Position numbers and translations under genes: made by a program. The notes beneath the pieces are model-generated. The model had not been told where the DNA came from, ran no database searches, and saw only the letters and a program-made list of their open reading frames with translations. Positions 26,149 to 38,925 of a stretch of 63,450 nt of DNA are shown piece after piece. This DNA is from Octopus bimaculoides. Lineage: Eukaryota. The stretch's first letter is position 1. Each line of letters begins with the position of its first letter. Location of the stretch: assembly GCF_001194135.2 (NCBI RefSeq), contig NC_068984.1:65195563-65259012 (forward strand), read 5' to 3'.

Positions 26149-26435
26149 TTAAAGAATGTAGTTGCATAAAGCTAGAACCCGGGAAGATACAAAGTAAGCT
26201 ACAAAAGGAAAAGGAAACAGAACAAGGTTACAGTTTTACCTTGTATTTCTATAGTTCGAGGTGAAGACCCCTTCTTCAGGACATTCCACTTTCTCAAATA
26301 CCCTGAGGAAGGGGTCTTCACCCAACATATAGAAATACAAGGTAAAACTGCAACTTTGTTCTGTTTCCTTTTCCTTTTGTAGTTTACTTTGTACCTTCTC
26401 ACATTGTTCTAGCTTTAAACAACTACATTCTTTAA
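26149..26435. repeat. Long inverted repeat (foldback): arms 26149-26280 and 26302-26435, 21-nt spacer
   Basis: Arms about 88-90% reverse-complement identical by manual alignment; both ends TTAA followed inward by AGAATGTAGTTG. Confidence 0.95.
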
Positions 26436-26879
26436 TATATATATTATGTATTATCATCTGTCACCTCCTCCCCTATGACTGCTCCTATTTTCCTTATATT
26501 CCCCCAAACTGAAACCCAGTAATGCTCATCCTTCCATCCATGTTCACCAATCACTGCTTTCACTTCTGTCCTCATCACCACCATCTCTCACTCACCTTTC
26601 CCAATCCAATAAATCTATCCCATCACCCAGCCATTCCTAATAATCTACCTTAATTATCCTGTTATCCACTTTCTTGTACATTCAGGGTGTATATCAGGGT
26701 ACACAACTTGATACATCATCTTAGTTATATTTCTACCTTTCCTTGCTGGGGTAACCATGTATCTCCTCTCCAGCAACACAACTGTTTTTGTCCCACTTTC
26801 ATACTTCAACCTCCCAACACCAGACACAAAACAAACTGATTTAATACTATGTCCCAACTCTGCCAAGGGAATTTGTCTT

Positions 26880-27072
26880 GCTAGTGATGTCACTAGTGCT
26901 GATGACATGAAAAGAGCAACCAGTGCACTCTGTAAAGAGTTGGTATTAGGAAGGGTGTCCATCTGCAGGAACCTTGCCAAAGCAAATACTGGAGACCAAT
27001 GTAGTCTTCAAGATAGTCAGACCCTGTCCAACTGTTCAGTTCATGCAGCATGGAATACAGACATTACATGAT
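26880..27072 (+). mobile_element. Family B 3' fragment (diverged)
   Basis: GAGTTGGTATTAGGAAGGGTGTCCATCTG...CATGCAGCATGGAATACAGACATTACATGATG. Confidence 0.65.
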
Positions 27073-27080
27073 GCTATGTA

Positions 27081-27118
<38 letters not shown>

Positions 27119-30100
27119 TATGTACACACACATGGTGTTGTAACAAGTATTGCATGCAGTTGCAAAATTAAACAAAGCACTACAATAGTACAAGGTGGAT
27201 AACACTACATAGCTTCAGGACAATATTCACTGGCATGTTTGAAAATGAACTGATATGGTGATTTGAATGAATTAATGCAAATATTGAAGAGAATATATAA
27301 ATAGGAATGATGTGAATTTAAAAACACATATAAATGTATGAAAAAAAAACATACATGAACAATATCATACTCATTATCATTGTCATCTATTGACTACAAC
27401 TGTGTTTGAACTGGAGCACGACAGATGTACCATATACCTTCCATTTTGTCACTCATGTTCTGAAATTGCCATCCTATATATTCATTCATGTAAGCATTTA
27501 TCAACCTTCCATCATCCATCTGTCTTTCTAATTTTCTATATTACAATGCACAAATACACACACACACACACTCCACTCATGTATGCAGAACAAAAGGAGA
27601 GGTATCTGTCATTGTAGTTTTACTGGATTATTTTAGGTTTGATTTATGTAGTTTAATATTTTGCATTTTTAATAACATTCCTATATTTCAACTATAGTTA
27701 ACCGAATACTTACTCTAGCAGAAATACACCTGAATTGATATAAAAGAAGAACATAAAACAGAAGTCCCATAAAAGCAATTTTGAATTAAGTTAGAACACC
27801 TTTGAAAAATGATTTGTTTTAAAACCTATCACAGCACTGATCAATACAACTACTGAGAGAAAATTCCACATTTTAAGTGTTTTCCTGCATATCTAGATTT
27901 CAATCCCCTACTCTTTTCAACTTCTTGCTGGCTTATTTAATATTGTAATGAACATTGTTAGTTTGTGTAATATTGAAATAAATATAATTCTTAGAGGAAA
28001 TATTTAAGCTGATTTTCCCTTCACAATTCAAAATTACATCAGAATATTTCTGCAATTTATGAAATATTTAATATCATCACAAAAAATTACATTCACTTTA
28101 CAAAAATATATTAATATTTTTGTATGTGACATATGCCACTTTATAGTACTCAGTTTCAAATTCTATTTAGTAAGCAGTCCAAAGGTTTATTACATTCTAC
28201 AGAATTCCGTTTATTTCTATTTTTCACCAACTATCAATGCCATAGTGTATTTATATAATTGTGGCATCTCTGTATACTTCAGCTCCATATATAGTCTCTT
28301 CTCATATGAATAGTATGTTATTTGTGTGTGTGTGTGTGCGTGTGTGTTTTCTCACATCTTTCCGACCTTGTGTTTTAAGAAATGAGATGAGATAACAATA
28401 ACTAACTTCACATTGGTTCTATTCTGACATTGTAAATCTCCTGAGAATGAGTTGCTCCAAAAATATTAGTCAATTACATTTTATCATAATCATACCTCCC
28501 AAACAGCTCAAGACATGTTCTCTTCTTGTGGTTTTCTCTCACAAACATGGAGGCATAAAGATGTAGTAATCAATCAGTGCACAAATACCAATATTGAATG
28601 AATATGGAGAACAAAGAAATTTATTTTTGCTAAGATATATCTGTTTTAGTTACTTCTTATCCTCACTTAATCCCTGACTGAGTAAACTTATGATCAAAGT
28701 GCATTTTCTGGTCTTACTACCCAGTTTTTCTTTTATGAATACTGTTAGTGACGTTAAGTAATGTCTCCTTTTTTAATGAAACTGGAGTGTAATTTGATGG
28801 AAATTTCACAGCTATTTCTAACAAGTTGAGTGATTACTTTGAAGTTCTCTCAGTAGCTCAAGGTATTAAAAATTGTACATTAAACTTGGTGATGATCACA
28901 CTGAGTGTGTTATTTCATTAACTAATGCATTTAAAATACTATAATTAATAGCTTTCCTTTCACTTCACCTGTTATATTAATTTCTTTTTTTAGGAAAGAA
29001 AAATTTTCAGAAATTTTTTTATCAACTGTGTAACTAACTGTTTTAGCCTCTTCTAATCTATATTTCTTTAAATCAAGATCAATTTAGTAACATTTATTGA
29101 ATCAATTTTCAAAATACTTCCATTTGCATGTCTTCATCTCCAAGTCATTTACATAGAATAGACAGAATCTTTCTATTACTTTTGTATTATATAAGCCAAA
29201 TGTGGCAGCACTATTTCCTCTAGGTTACAGAAAAGCATGCCTGTATCATTACAGGCAATTTTTCTTTAAAGGCATACAGGTTTCTTCTTTTCAGCTGTTG
29301 TTTTTTGAAAAGCTTAATGCTATTTATCTCCTCCTCTGTTATACTCTGAAATCGTACTTTTACTTCATTGTTTTTGTGAACGTATGTCTGCCTTCAAGAA
29401 TTAAACTCAACCAATGAATACAACTTTCTGTTTCTTTTATCATATATTTCAAAAACTTCCAATTCCTCTCCCACTGATTTTATTTTCTGTGCTCTATAAC
29501 TATGTTAATTTAAAGATTCATTTATAAAAATTTCAGTTTTAAAGAATTATTGACACATTTAATAGATTTGTTCATTCTCATGTATGGAATCTTTACAGAA
29601 AAGATAAAATAATTTTTAGATAATATAATGAATAAACTGAACAAAAATATAAAACTGAATATAAAGAAATAAAATAAATTTTGCAATGCAATTGGACATA
29701 GAAAAAATATTTTCATTAAAACTGAGAGTTTTCGTGAAAATAGGATGAAAGCAAGCAAGTGTTATTTATTGTGACAGAGAAAGAGTAAATAGAATAAATT
29801 TCTAGATAAGAGAACTGGAAGAAAAATATAATAATAGAGAGAAACCTAGCAAGACATGTTTCAGTTGAAGAAAGGTACCATTATGTTAATGAAAGTGTAG
29901 AAGTTGTAGGGAAAAAAAACAAATTTTTCATAATGGGAGGTTTTTGTTTTTTATCAGTTCATGCTGAGATAAAAAAATTAAAAAAATCTATTCAAAGAAA
30001 CCTTAAGAAAACAAGACTTTGTGCGAGTTTGAAACAAACATTGACGGCAAATGGGTTTATTTTATATGTGAAACTTCATTCTGCAAGGAACTTGACAGTA

Positions 30101-30834
30101 GAGAATCAAGTGAAATATGCATGATTTCTGTAGAACTCTAATCTTAAAGTAGTTGTGACAGTACTAAATTGCATCACTGCTAAATTCCAATTGTAGTAAA
30201 TCGCCACTCTACTAAACTACTTAAGTTAATCAGATGTGAACTTGTATGAAGCTGTCAAAGCAAAATGCAAGTTCTTTTCTTTTGTATAATTTATTGTATT
30301 TTGTTGTAATCTGTTGTATTTTATGTATTTGTAGCCATTCTTCGTGTTATTTATGCAACTACATGCTTATAGCTTTTTGAAGCACATAAAAATACACTAA
30401 TATTCATACATACACACATACAAGACACATAAATAAATGCGTGAACATACATATATACAAATGTATATAATAATATGAAGGCATATAGAGATGTATAATA
30501 TTTCCAGACCATCAGAGACCAATAAACAAACAAATAAGTAGAGGCAAGTACACAAATTTCAACATATACATACACATGCATAAGCACACACCCCACTCGC
30601 ACATATGCATGCACATATAAACATACAGCCACACATAGCGGTAGTCACATAAAACTATGCGGAGGTAGAAATAAATATGTATTGGCACACACTCATACAT
30701 ACAAACAAATGCATTTACATGATTACTTATGTGCAGACTCGTACAATGAAAAACAAGACATGACCACAAAAACATATATATATAAAACAAAGCTAACTTC
30801 ACATGCAGACACAAAAGGCTATATATATGTATAT

Positions 30835-30894
<60 letters not shown>

Positions 30895-33506
30895 AAACGC
30901 ACACACAAAATAAAAAAAAAACATACATTCAAATAGACACCTCATTTAGTCAATAACAAAAGAATACTCAATATAAAATGGCAGAAAGTAATACATATTT
31001 ATAATGAAAGATTAAGTGAAGCCATTTAATGCTTATGGAAGTGTAAGCCATTTTGCTCGTTTCTTTTTCAGTTAGGGGCACAATCATTAAATCAAATTAC
31101 ATACATTTGCACATATGTGCAAATCAGTCATTATCACTAGATTGTCATTACCATGTCCTCTACTAGTCAAATAGAAATCTCCATGAAGTATTTTTCCATT
31201 CCTCTTTATGAGTAAGTTACAAGGAGGATCAACTAGAATTTTTTTTAATCTCTTTTCTTTTGCTTTCAGAATATTTTATTGCAAGTGCATTAATAAACTT
31301 CTGCTGCAAATTGGGTTTATGGTCACCTGATTGTTAATGAACATGTTCTTACAGTGAATTATTTGTCATGTGTCAATATAAAGCTTTCCAAGATCATTAC
31401 CATCGTTGTTTCTGCTTTATATATCATCTTTTCTGTTATGCGGTCATTTTATGTTCCATGCATATTTTAGAAGTATATGTATGTGTGTATACATATGTAT
31501 ATATATATATTGTAAATAATCTGTTTCCACACAGAGCATTGTACATTTAACTCATTGGCTCAATATCCATAAATATCTTACATCTTGTCAAAATGATTTC
31601 ATTCAAAATTTCCCTATGCCTTCTTGTTTATTTCCTCTCTCCTCAGATAACTGAATAATACTTCAGATTATCTCTTTCCATTATATTATTAAAATCTTAG
31701 CTTTCACAAAAACTTTTGTTTTACAAAATGTTCCTAATTTATATTTTCTTATTCTTTAAATCGTATACTTTCTAACAAAGATCAAATTGTACAAATTCTT
31801 ATATTTGTATATGTTGGAGGCAGAAATCAATTCATAGCAAGATAGTCTCCTTGAAGTTAATTATCACATTCGTGACAACATTCCTAACAAGAAATATTGT
31901 ATTTTAATTAATTTTCAAAGTAATTAATAACTTGGAAGATTTTAGTGAAATAATTTCAACTTCTTCATTTCTTGGTGCAATAATCTCATGTTTAGAATAT
32001 ATTCTGACAAAAATACAAATGTATACGTACTTAAATTTCACATTATTATTCATATAGTAACAAGAATGTGAACAAGATGAAAATTTAAATATGAAAACTT
32101 TACAAATAATAATATATCTACTCATTTGTCATATAGGAAATGTATAAATCAAATAAATCAAACGTTAAGCTTTGCATCATAAAATGTTAAGCTTTTCATT
32201 ATTAAACCATTTTCTTAATAAATTTACATTTCACATCATGTTTCATAAAATATGATTTACTCAGAATAATAACAAAAAAAAATACAATCAACAACCACAA
32301 TAGTGATGCACCAGGATAGTAACAGCCCACTAGTTGAAACTAGTAAAAAAGTATTACAAAATATGTGATAGCAGCTACCACAAAATTAAACGTCATCAGT
32401 ACTAACATAAAAACAGTTAGCATTAAGATCATCGGTAATTTTTGTTTTTGTCTTCTAAATGGCACTTTATATGAAGACTTTTCTCCTGTGAACTACTTTC
32501 TGTTTAAATAACAGAAAGGAATTTTTTTATAATAACATAGGGTGACAACCTTACCGAAAAGATATGAAATATATTATCAGTGCATCACTATAAAAATCAA
32601 AAATATTTTACTGGGGTACATCATAAAGAAGCGTATGAATTATGCATTATACCCACTCTGCAAACTCTCTAACAAGCAACTGTATTTTATAATGATGTGT
32701 TCATTGTATGTGTGTATGTTTTTATTTCTATTTTTATTAATGTTTTATTTATTAATAATAGTTGACTGAAAATTTTGTATTACAGAATTCTATATTAGCT
32801 ACTGTTGATGCATTCAGAAAGGCATAAATAATTGATAAATGATTCCAACTGAATCAAAAACAATAGGCCTATTTGCAACAAAAGAAATATATTCTGCAAA
32901 CAGAGCAAACATATGAGCCAAAGTGTCAGGGAGTATTTGACATTATAAAACTGGACAAAACCAAACAACAACTGCAAAAGTCAATAGCGATATCACTTTA
33001 CAAAATCAAATTGATATCAAAACTGTGCCATTCATAAATTTGTAAAGAGATGTGTAGCTCTCTAGTGAAATAAAGGCCAAAATATCTTCTTCGTGTCCCT
33101 TACACAGTGGTTGGCTAAATGTTGATTGTTCTGAAATTTTGAATTCATTAATACAATAGGAGTTTGAGAAGAAATATTCTGAAAACAATTCCTTTGTAAG
33201 TTGATGTTAGGAATTTTTGGTCGATGGAACAATGTGCAAAGTCAACTTGAAATGTAATCCAAGACTTCATTCAGCATCAATTGTTTTCATATTTGAATGT
33301 ATAAGAATTACGTGATATTTTTCAGAAATATATGGTACTTATTATTATAGCTAGGTTGTTATCTGAAACTAAAGCCTTACAATTGTAGTTTTCTTGCCAA
33401 AGATCTCGAGAAAAACTGGAAAATTTAAAAGATTAAAAACATTCACATGAGAAGGTACTTGCAATATATATAACTAATAAAGGGAAACATACATGTAATC
33501 CCTCTT

Positions 33507-33543
<37 letters not shown>

Positions 33544-33779
33544 TCATTTTTATATTCCTTTTTTTTCATTCTTGCATGGATAGGGTAAGCATCTATACAT
33601 ACATCCAACCCACTCTTATACAATGTGTGGTAGCCATATATCTATTCTATAGCAAGACACTTGTTCTGTCCCTGTATTACACTTTCAACTCAAAACAACT
33701 GGCATCAACCCGACTCTCCATCTACTACGACCCCATTCAGATGAGGGAGGTTTGTGTTCTTCTTTGTTTTGCAAGTTAC

Positions 33780-33990
33780 TTAGTGGCCTCATAGTACTGG
33801 GGTCATGAAAAAAAAATACACCTCAAACACCTGTAAAATGGTTGGCATTAGGAAGGGGATCTGACTGTAGAAACCATACCAAAGCAGACATTGGAGATTG
33901 ACACAGTACTCTGGTTCATTGGATCATGTCAAACTGTCCAATTCTAACCAACAAAGAAAGTGGCAGGTAAATGATGATGATAATAATGAT
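33780..33990 (+). mobile_element. Family B 3' fragment (diverged)
   Basis: GGTTGGCATTAGGAAGGG...CTGTAGAAACC...AAATGATGATGAT tail. Confidence 0.65.
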
Positions 33991-34415
33991 ATATATAACA
34001 TATATATATACACATACATGCACACATCTATAGAAATACACACATTATATGCATATGATGTAAATACATACATATATACATACATACATGCATGCATACA
34101 TACATACATACATACATACATACATGTATGTAAATAAGCACTTCATGTAAATATTATGTATGTGTATGTATCTCTTTATGTTTACAAATGTATTTGAAAA
34201 AAGAAAGAGTAGGCATTATTTTTTAGTATACTTCATTTACACTAAGTCACTGATTCCTCCCATGGTTACTTAATATTTCATAAGCCTGCATAAGTTTGCA
34301 TAAGTTTCAATTTGCTACCAGAAGTCTGATTTAATATATATGCATGAAAAGTGGGTAGTTATAATGCGAATCATCAACTCTACAGAAATATGTCTACAAA
34401 TTAAAAATCTTATTT

Positions 34416-34707
34416 GGCAAGCATGAGATCGTTGCTAGTGCCGCTGGACTGGCTCCTGTGCAGGTGGCACATAAAATACACCATTTTGAGCATGGCCGTT
34501 GCCAGTACCACCTGACTGGCTTTCGTGCCAGTGGCATGTATAAGCACCCACTACCCTCTCGGAGTGGTTGGCATTAGGAAGGGCATCCAGCTGTAGAAAC
34601 TCTGCCAAATCAGATTGGAGCCTGGTGTAGCCATCTGGTTCACCAGTCCTCAGTCAAATCGTCCAACCCATGCTAGAATGGAAAGCAGACGTTAAACGAT
34701 GATGATG
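34416..34707 (+). mobile_element. Family B retroposon, young copy
   Basis: GTGGTTGGCATTAGGAAGGGCATCCAGCTGTAGAAAC...CCAACCCATGCTAG...GTTAAACGATGATGATG; about 93% identical (manual) to the 24965 copy over about 170 bp. Confidence 0.9.
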
Positions 34708-36610
34708 TATAGAATTTTTCTTGCATTATGATATATTTTTTTATCTTATAGTTTTGTTTGCTTTTGCTTTTTTCTCTTAGCCTCTCTGTACATGTCAATA
34801 AAACTTTTCCCTGGTTGTTGTTGATATCATCATAGCTTTTAATTGACTAATAGCTACTTAGAATGGCAGGATATGTCTAAGGCTACAATATGAAACAGTA
34901 ATGTGTTTGATAAATATCATAAAGGCACTTTCAGTCAGAATTGTTGAAATTTTTCCAAGTGAGTACTGATTTATGTTATCATACTGAAAGGATCCAATGA
35001 GGAGCCTCTATGTGGCCACTTGCCCTGCTAGAAATAACACCCTAATCTCTCTTTTATAACACCTTGCCATTTTAAATAATTAAGTAAACTCTAAATATCC
35101 AAAGGGATAAATCTTTCACCAGAATACCTTTGTTCATATACCTTCTTAGTCAAGAATAACCTGGGTTAAATAACAACTATGCCAAGATCTTGCAGCATGT
35201 AACATACAAACCCCAAATCAGCTGTTTTAAACCTTTGCAAAGTCGAAATGTAATATGTTAGATTGATTGATCAGCTGTTTTATTATCCAGTTTTAAAGCA
35301 GCAGAAGATAACGAAGCAGCTTTTACATGGACAGAAACCATGCTAAGTGTCACTCCATAAGTCATTCCCCTCTGAAAACATTATGCTTCTTTTCTCTTTG
35401 GACATTGCTGGTGTATGGCATCAGATAGATAAGACTTTCATTCTTCATTTACTTTGCTTCTTCCCTTATGGATAGAATATTCTTCTTTCAAAATTTTTCA
35501 GACAGAAGCTTATTAATTCTAAGATCTGTGAAACACTATCAGAAGCAGTTTAACAATGATTCTTTAACAAGAGTCCCTTTTGTCTGTCTTTTGAAGAGCT
35601 GTTGAGAAACCAAATTTACTGATTTTCAGTGAATTTTCTCTATGACATACACCGATATAACTGATGGTTACTCTTCCCTATGCAAAGCTATCATGTTGAA
35701 AAATTCATCTTGCTCAATTATTTATATGTTCACAAGCAGAGTAGTAAAAAAAATTCTATACAACAGTTCATTCAGTAGTTTGTCTTTTTATGGTTTACAG
35801 TGGCTTGTCTGTTTAAAGCAATGGTCTTGTTTCATCATCTGCTGAAGCTGTTTCTTTCTTCAAGCCTGTTGGAAACCTTAGGATTCTTTTAGATATTTTT
35901 TATATATCCTTGTTTGTCTTTATTTTCTTTATTTAATTCATAGTTTTTTTTATTATCTATTTTTGGTGGAGGTCCAGTAAGTAATAATCTCTATAAGCAA
36001 TTTGAAACCTTTCATCTTCATCAAGCGATTTTTTTTCTACCACTGGGAATGACATTTTTGTTAACCCCCCCCCCATCTCTCACTCTCTCTCTCTTTCTCT
36101 ATCTGGGACATATACACTTCATATAGCTTCTATTGTTAACATAATTTCTCCCAGTTCTATGTCATTGTCTTGCATATATATAATTTACATCAAATCAACT
36201 TGCAAATATCTCTATCTTGATTGATTCCAGTGAGATTTATGAGAATTAAGGCTGGTCAGTGTTGGAGTGCTTCTAGTGATATTCTGAGCTCTGTCATTTT
36301 AGGCAATACTTTATTAAATCTACAATTTTATGGTCTGAGAGGATTTTAGGTGTCAGCTACACATTATAGGTGAATTGTGCATTATCTGCAAAGCAGAGAT
36401 CAAGAATAACTACTGTTTCTGATTAAGTAGAGGATTATTTGCTCAATGAACAATATGTTGGCAAAGTCAAGAATAGACACTTCTTTGTCAAAAGAATGTA
36501 ACACCCTGAAGACTCACACACATGCATACACACACACAGATACACATACACACATACGTACATACACACACCAAAAACATAAAAATATATTGCTATGTTG
36601 CTGCAATATT

Positions 36611-36998
36611 GGTTTCCAGCTTTGGCACAAGTTCAGGAATTTTGGAGAGTGGGTAAGCCAATTACCGCATTTTAATGTGTATAAGGAACCCTTGTGTATA
36701 AGGAATCCCCTAATTTTGGGGACTTAAAATTTGGAAAAAAAAATTTTGTATGGGATTATAATATTATCCATGAATAAGTAACACCCATATTTTTTTAACC
36801 TAATTTTTGACAATAAAGGGTTCCTTATACACGTTAAAATATGGTACATCAACCCCAGTGTTCAACTGGTACCTATTTTATAAACTCTGAAAGGATGAAA
36901 AGCAAAGTTGACCTCAACAAAATTTGAACTCAGAATATAAAGACAAACAAAATGCCACTGTTTTTCCCAGTATGCAAACAATTTTGCCAGCTCACTAC
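36611..36998 (-). mobile_element. tRNA-derived SINE family C, interrupted by a MITE
   Basis: ATCAACCCCAGTGTTCAACTGGTACC...GAAAGGATGAAAAGC...ATTTGAACTC...TTGCCAGCTCAC; homologous to 38147 and 38713 copies. Confidence 0.8.
36665..36844. mobile_element. 180-bp TA-targeting MITE (Tc1/pogo-type)
   Basis: 29-bp TIRs CCGCATTTTAATGTGTATAAGGAACCCTT vs CCATATTTTAACGTGTATAAGGAACCCTT (26/29), TA at 36663-36664 and 36845-36846. Confidence 0.9.
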
Positions 36999-38146
36999 AT
37001 TGTGTTGATGAGATACAAATATTTCTATCTTTCTGAAATTTTTCCATAAATTTTGAGCAATGGATTTGAGCTATCTAACTCATCTGTTGGATGTTATGTT
37101 GTACCTATCACACTGAATTGCTTTTGAAGTGCAATAAATGTGTTTGTGTGTCAACAAACTAAATGCTGACATCTGTCTAGAAGTGCCTAGTAAATCTACC
37201 ATTTCATTGTATAAACATATTGAATTATTTCTAGCTTTCCATTTTAAGCTCTTACTTTACAGATATTTTTTTAAACAAATCATTCCAACCATAAAATATC
37301 AGATAAGAGCAAATACTCAGACTTTCTTCACTTAACACAAAAATACTGCTTACAAATCTGTCAGAATGCACAAGTACTTGCAAGCACATGCACACACACA
37401 CACACATGTATACAAATCTTTTGGACAACAACCAAACAAATGCTTGGCAGATAAACTTATAGTGATCAACAACTTGTATAAAATTATATACTCTATATAA
37501 TGTCTTTTACTCTGTATTAAGCACATTTCTCTCCAGAAGTGCATCCTAATGGAAATTTCTTCCTAGTTATTTTGACTCTAATCAGTAGCTGGCAAACATT
37601 CTAATCAACTGCACTAACAGCTATTAGAAAGCTTCTCCCATGTATAACAGTTTCCTACTCTATATTATCTTATAGGTAAAATAAAAAAAAGAAATCTTAA
37701 CATACTTCCATGTTAATGTTAAATTTAGTTAATATATTGATACATTTTATAAAAGTATTGACTAGTTAACTGATAAGCAGTTTATTAGTTTGCATTATGT
37801 TTAAATACTATCAATGGTAAGAATGTAAAATATGTAATATGAATAATAACCTAGTGTGTAACTTCCTGTTGGATTTGTTTTATTTATATTATTTTGAACA
37901 ACAAATAAAGGGATTTCTCAGACATTCTCAAGCATAGTACTTTGAGACTCACAAACAAGTTGCTTGTGTTGTGCAAGTGTTCGTATCAAAATATCTGCAC
38001 AGAATTTCAGGGGTCTGCATGGAAGAATGTGCACCATTTTGATGGCTTCTTCTTGATACTTTTACAGCACACCAAACCATATTGAATGACTGGTATCCGA
38101 TCTTCCTTTCAGGATCATCAGTCACATTTACATGACTTATTAGTGT

Positions 38147-38297
38147 TGGTTCCAAATTTAGGCACAAGGCCAGCAATTTGGGGGAGGGGGCAACTTGATT
38201 GCATCGTCCCAGCTGATTAATTGAGTACTTATTTTATCGGATGAAATACTACTAAGCATTTCACCCGGAGTGCTTGCAATTCTGTCAGCTCCCCACC
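38147..38297 (-). mobile_element. SINE family C, internally deleted copy
   Basis: TAGGCACAAGGCCAGCAATTTGGGGGAGGGG...TACTTATTTTATCG/GATGAAATAC...TAAGCATTTCACCCGG. Confidence 0.75.
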
Positions 38298-38334
38298 TTA
38301 CATGAGTTATTAATATTATTATATATTTATAGGA

Positions 38335-38620
38335 GAACCAGATATGCAGGGATTTAGTTCAGCAGAGTAGAAACTGATGTAGTAATAGTAGATGAGTAGG
38401 TGGTGAGATACTGTACATAAGTGGGTTAGTGATTGTAATGAGTTGGTAAATGAAGGTCTGCTTATCAATCAGGATGATTTGAGACATATGTGACTAGTAT
38501 TCTCCAGCTGAGATGAGGAACACTTCTGTCCTTCAAAAGTCCAACAACTATTTAGAGCTCAAGTATTTTCTTGCCTTGAAGAAGAAGCTCAGTGTCTGGT
38601 ATGTTACAAATGCATGGTTA
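38335..38620 (-). mobile_element. CR1/L2-type LINE remnant (RT C-terminal region)
   Basis: Minus strand LSFFFKARKYLSSK*LL...EY*SHM and YYYISFYSAEL resemble the LFRARKY...LEYCSHIW...YRYY..CS.EL tail of CR1-clade ORF2. Confidence 0.55.
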
Positions 38621-38712
38621 CTACAAAAAAAAAAAAATCAGATCAGGAACTTTATCCCCAAGCAATTGTAGTGAATTTGAGGGTTTATAAATGAGTAGGT
38701 AAGATGTAACAT

Positions 38713-38925
38713 TCCTTTCTGTTGTAGGTACAAAGGCTAAAATTTTGGAGGATCAGGATAGTCCATTACATCGACCCCAGCGCTCAGCTGGTACTTGTTT
38801 TATCAACCCCGAAAGGATGAAAGGCAACATCAACCACAGCAGAATATGAACTTAGAATGTAAAGATGGATGAAATGCTACTAAGCAATTCGTCTGGTATG
38901 CTAATGGTTCTGCCAGCTTATTGCA
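38713..38925 (-). mobile_element. tRNA-derived SINE family C
   Basis: ATCGACCCCAGCGCTCAGCTGGTACTTG...CCCCGAAAGGATGAAAGGC core; tRNA-like head at right end. Confidence 0.85.

Noticed and set aside
33006-33188. Minus ORF with PLCKG, a TTTTCAG acceptor and GTAAGG donor; possible second CUB half
   Set aside because: The acceptor gives phase 1 but the 41126 exon needs phase 2 (that frame stops after 9 codons); no DY or GF motifs.
35390-35700. FSLDIAGVWHQ...MTYTD, reminiscent of RT motifs
   Set aside because: Too degenerate to support without a profile search.
37949-38176. Minus ORF ending at a strong GTGAGT donor
   Set aside because: No pyrimidine-rich acceptor, overlaps a SINE, no recognisable product. 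Plus strand WLLLDTFTAHQT (38043-38078) weakly suggests a pogo DDE remnant, too short to call.
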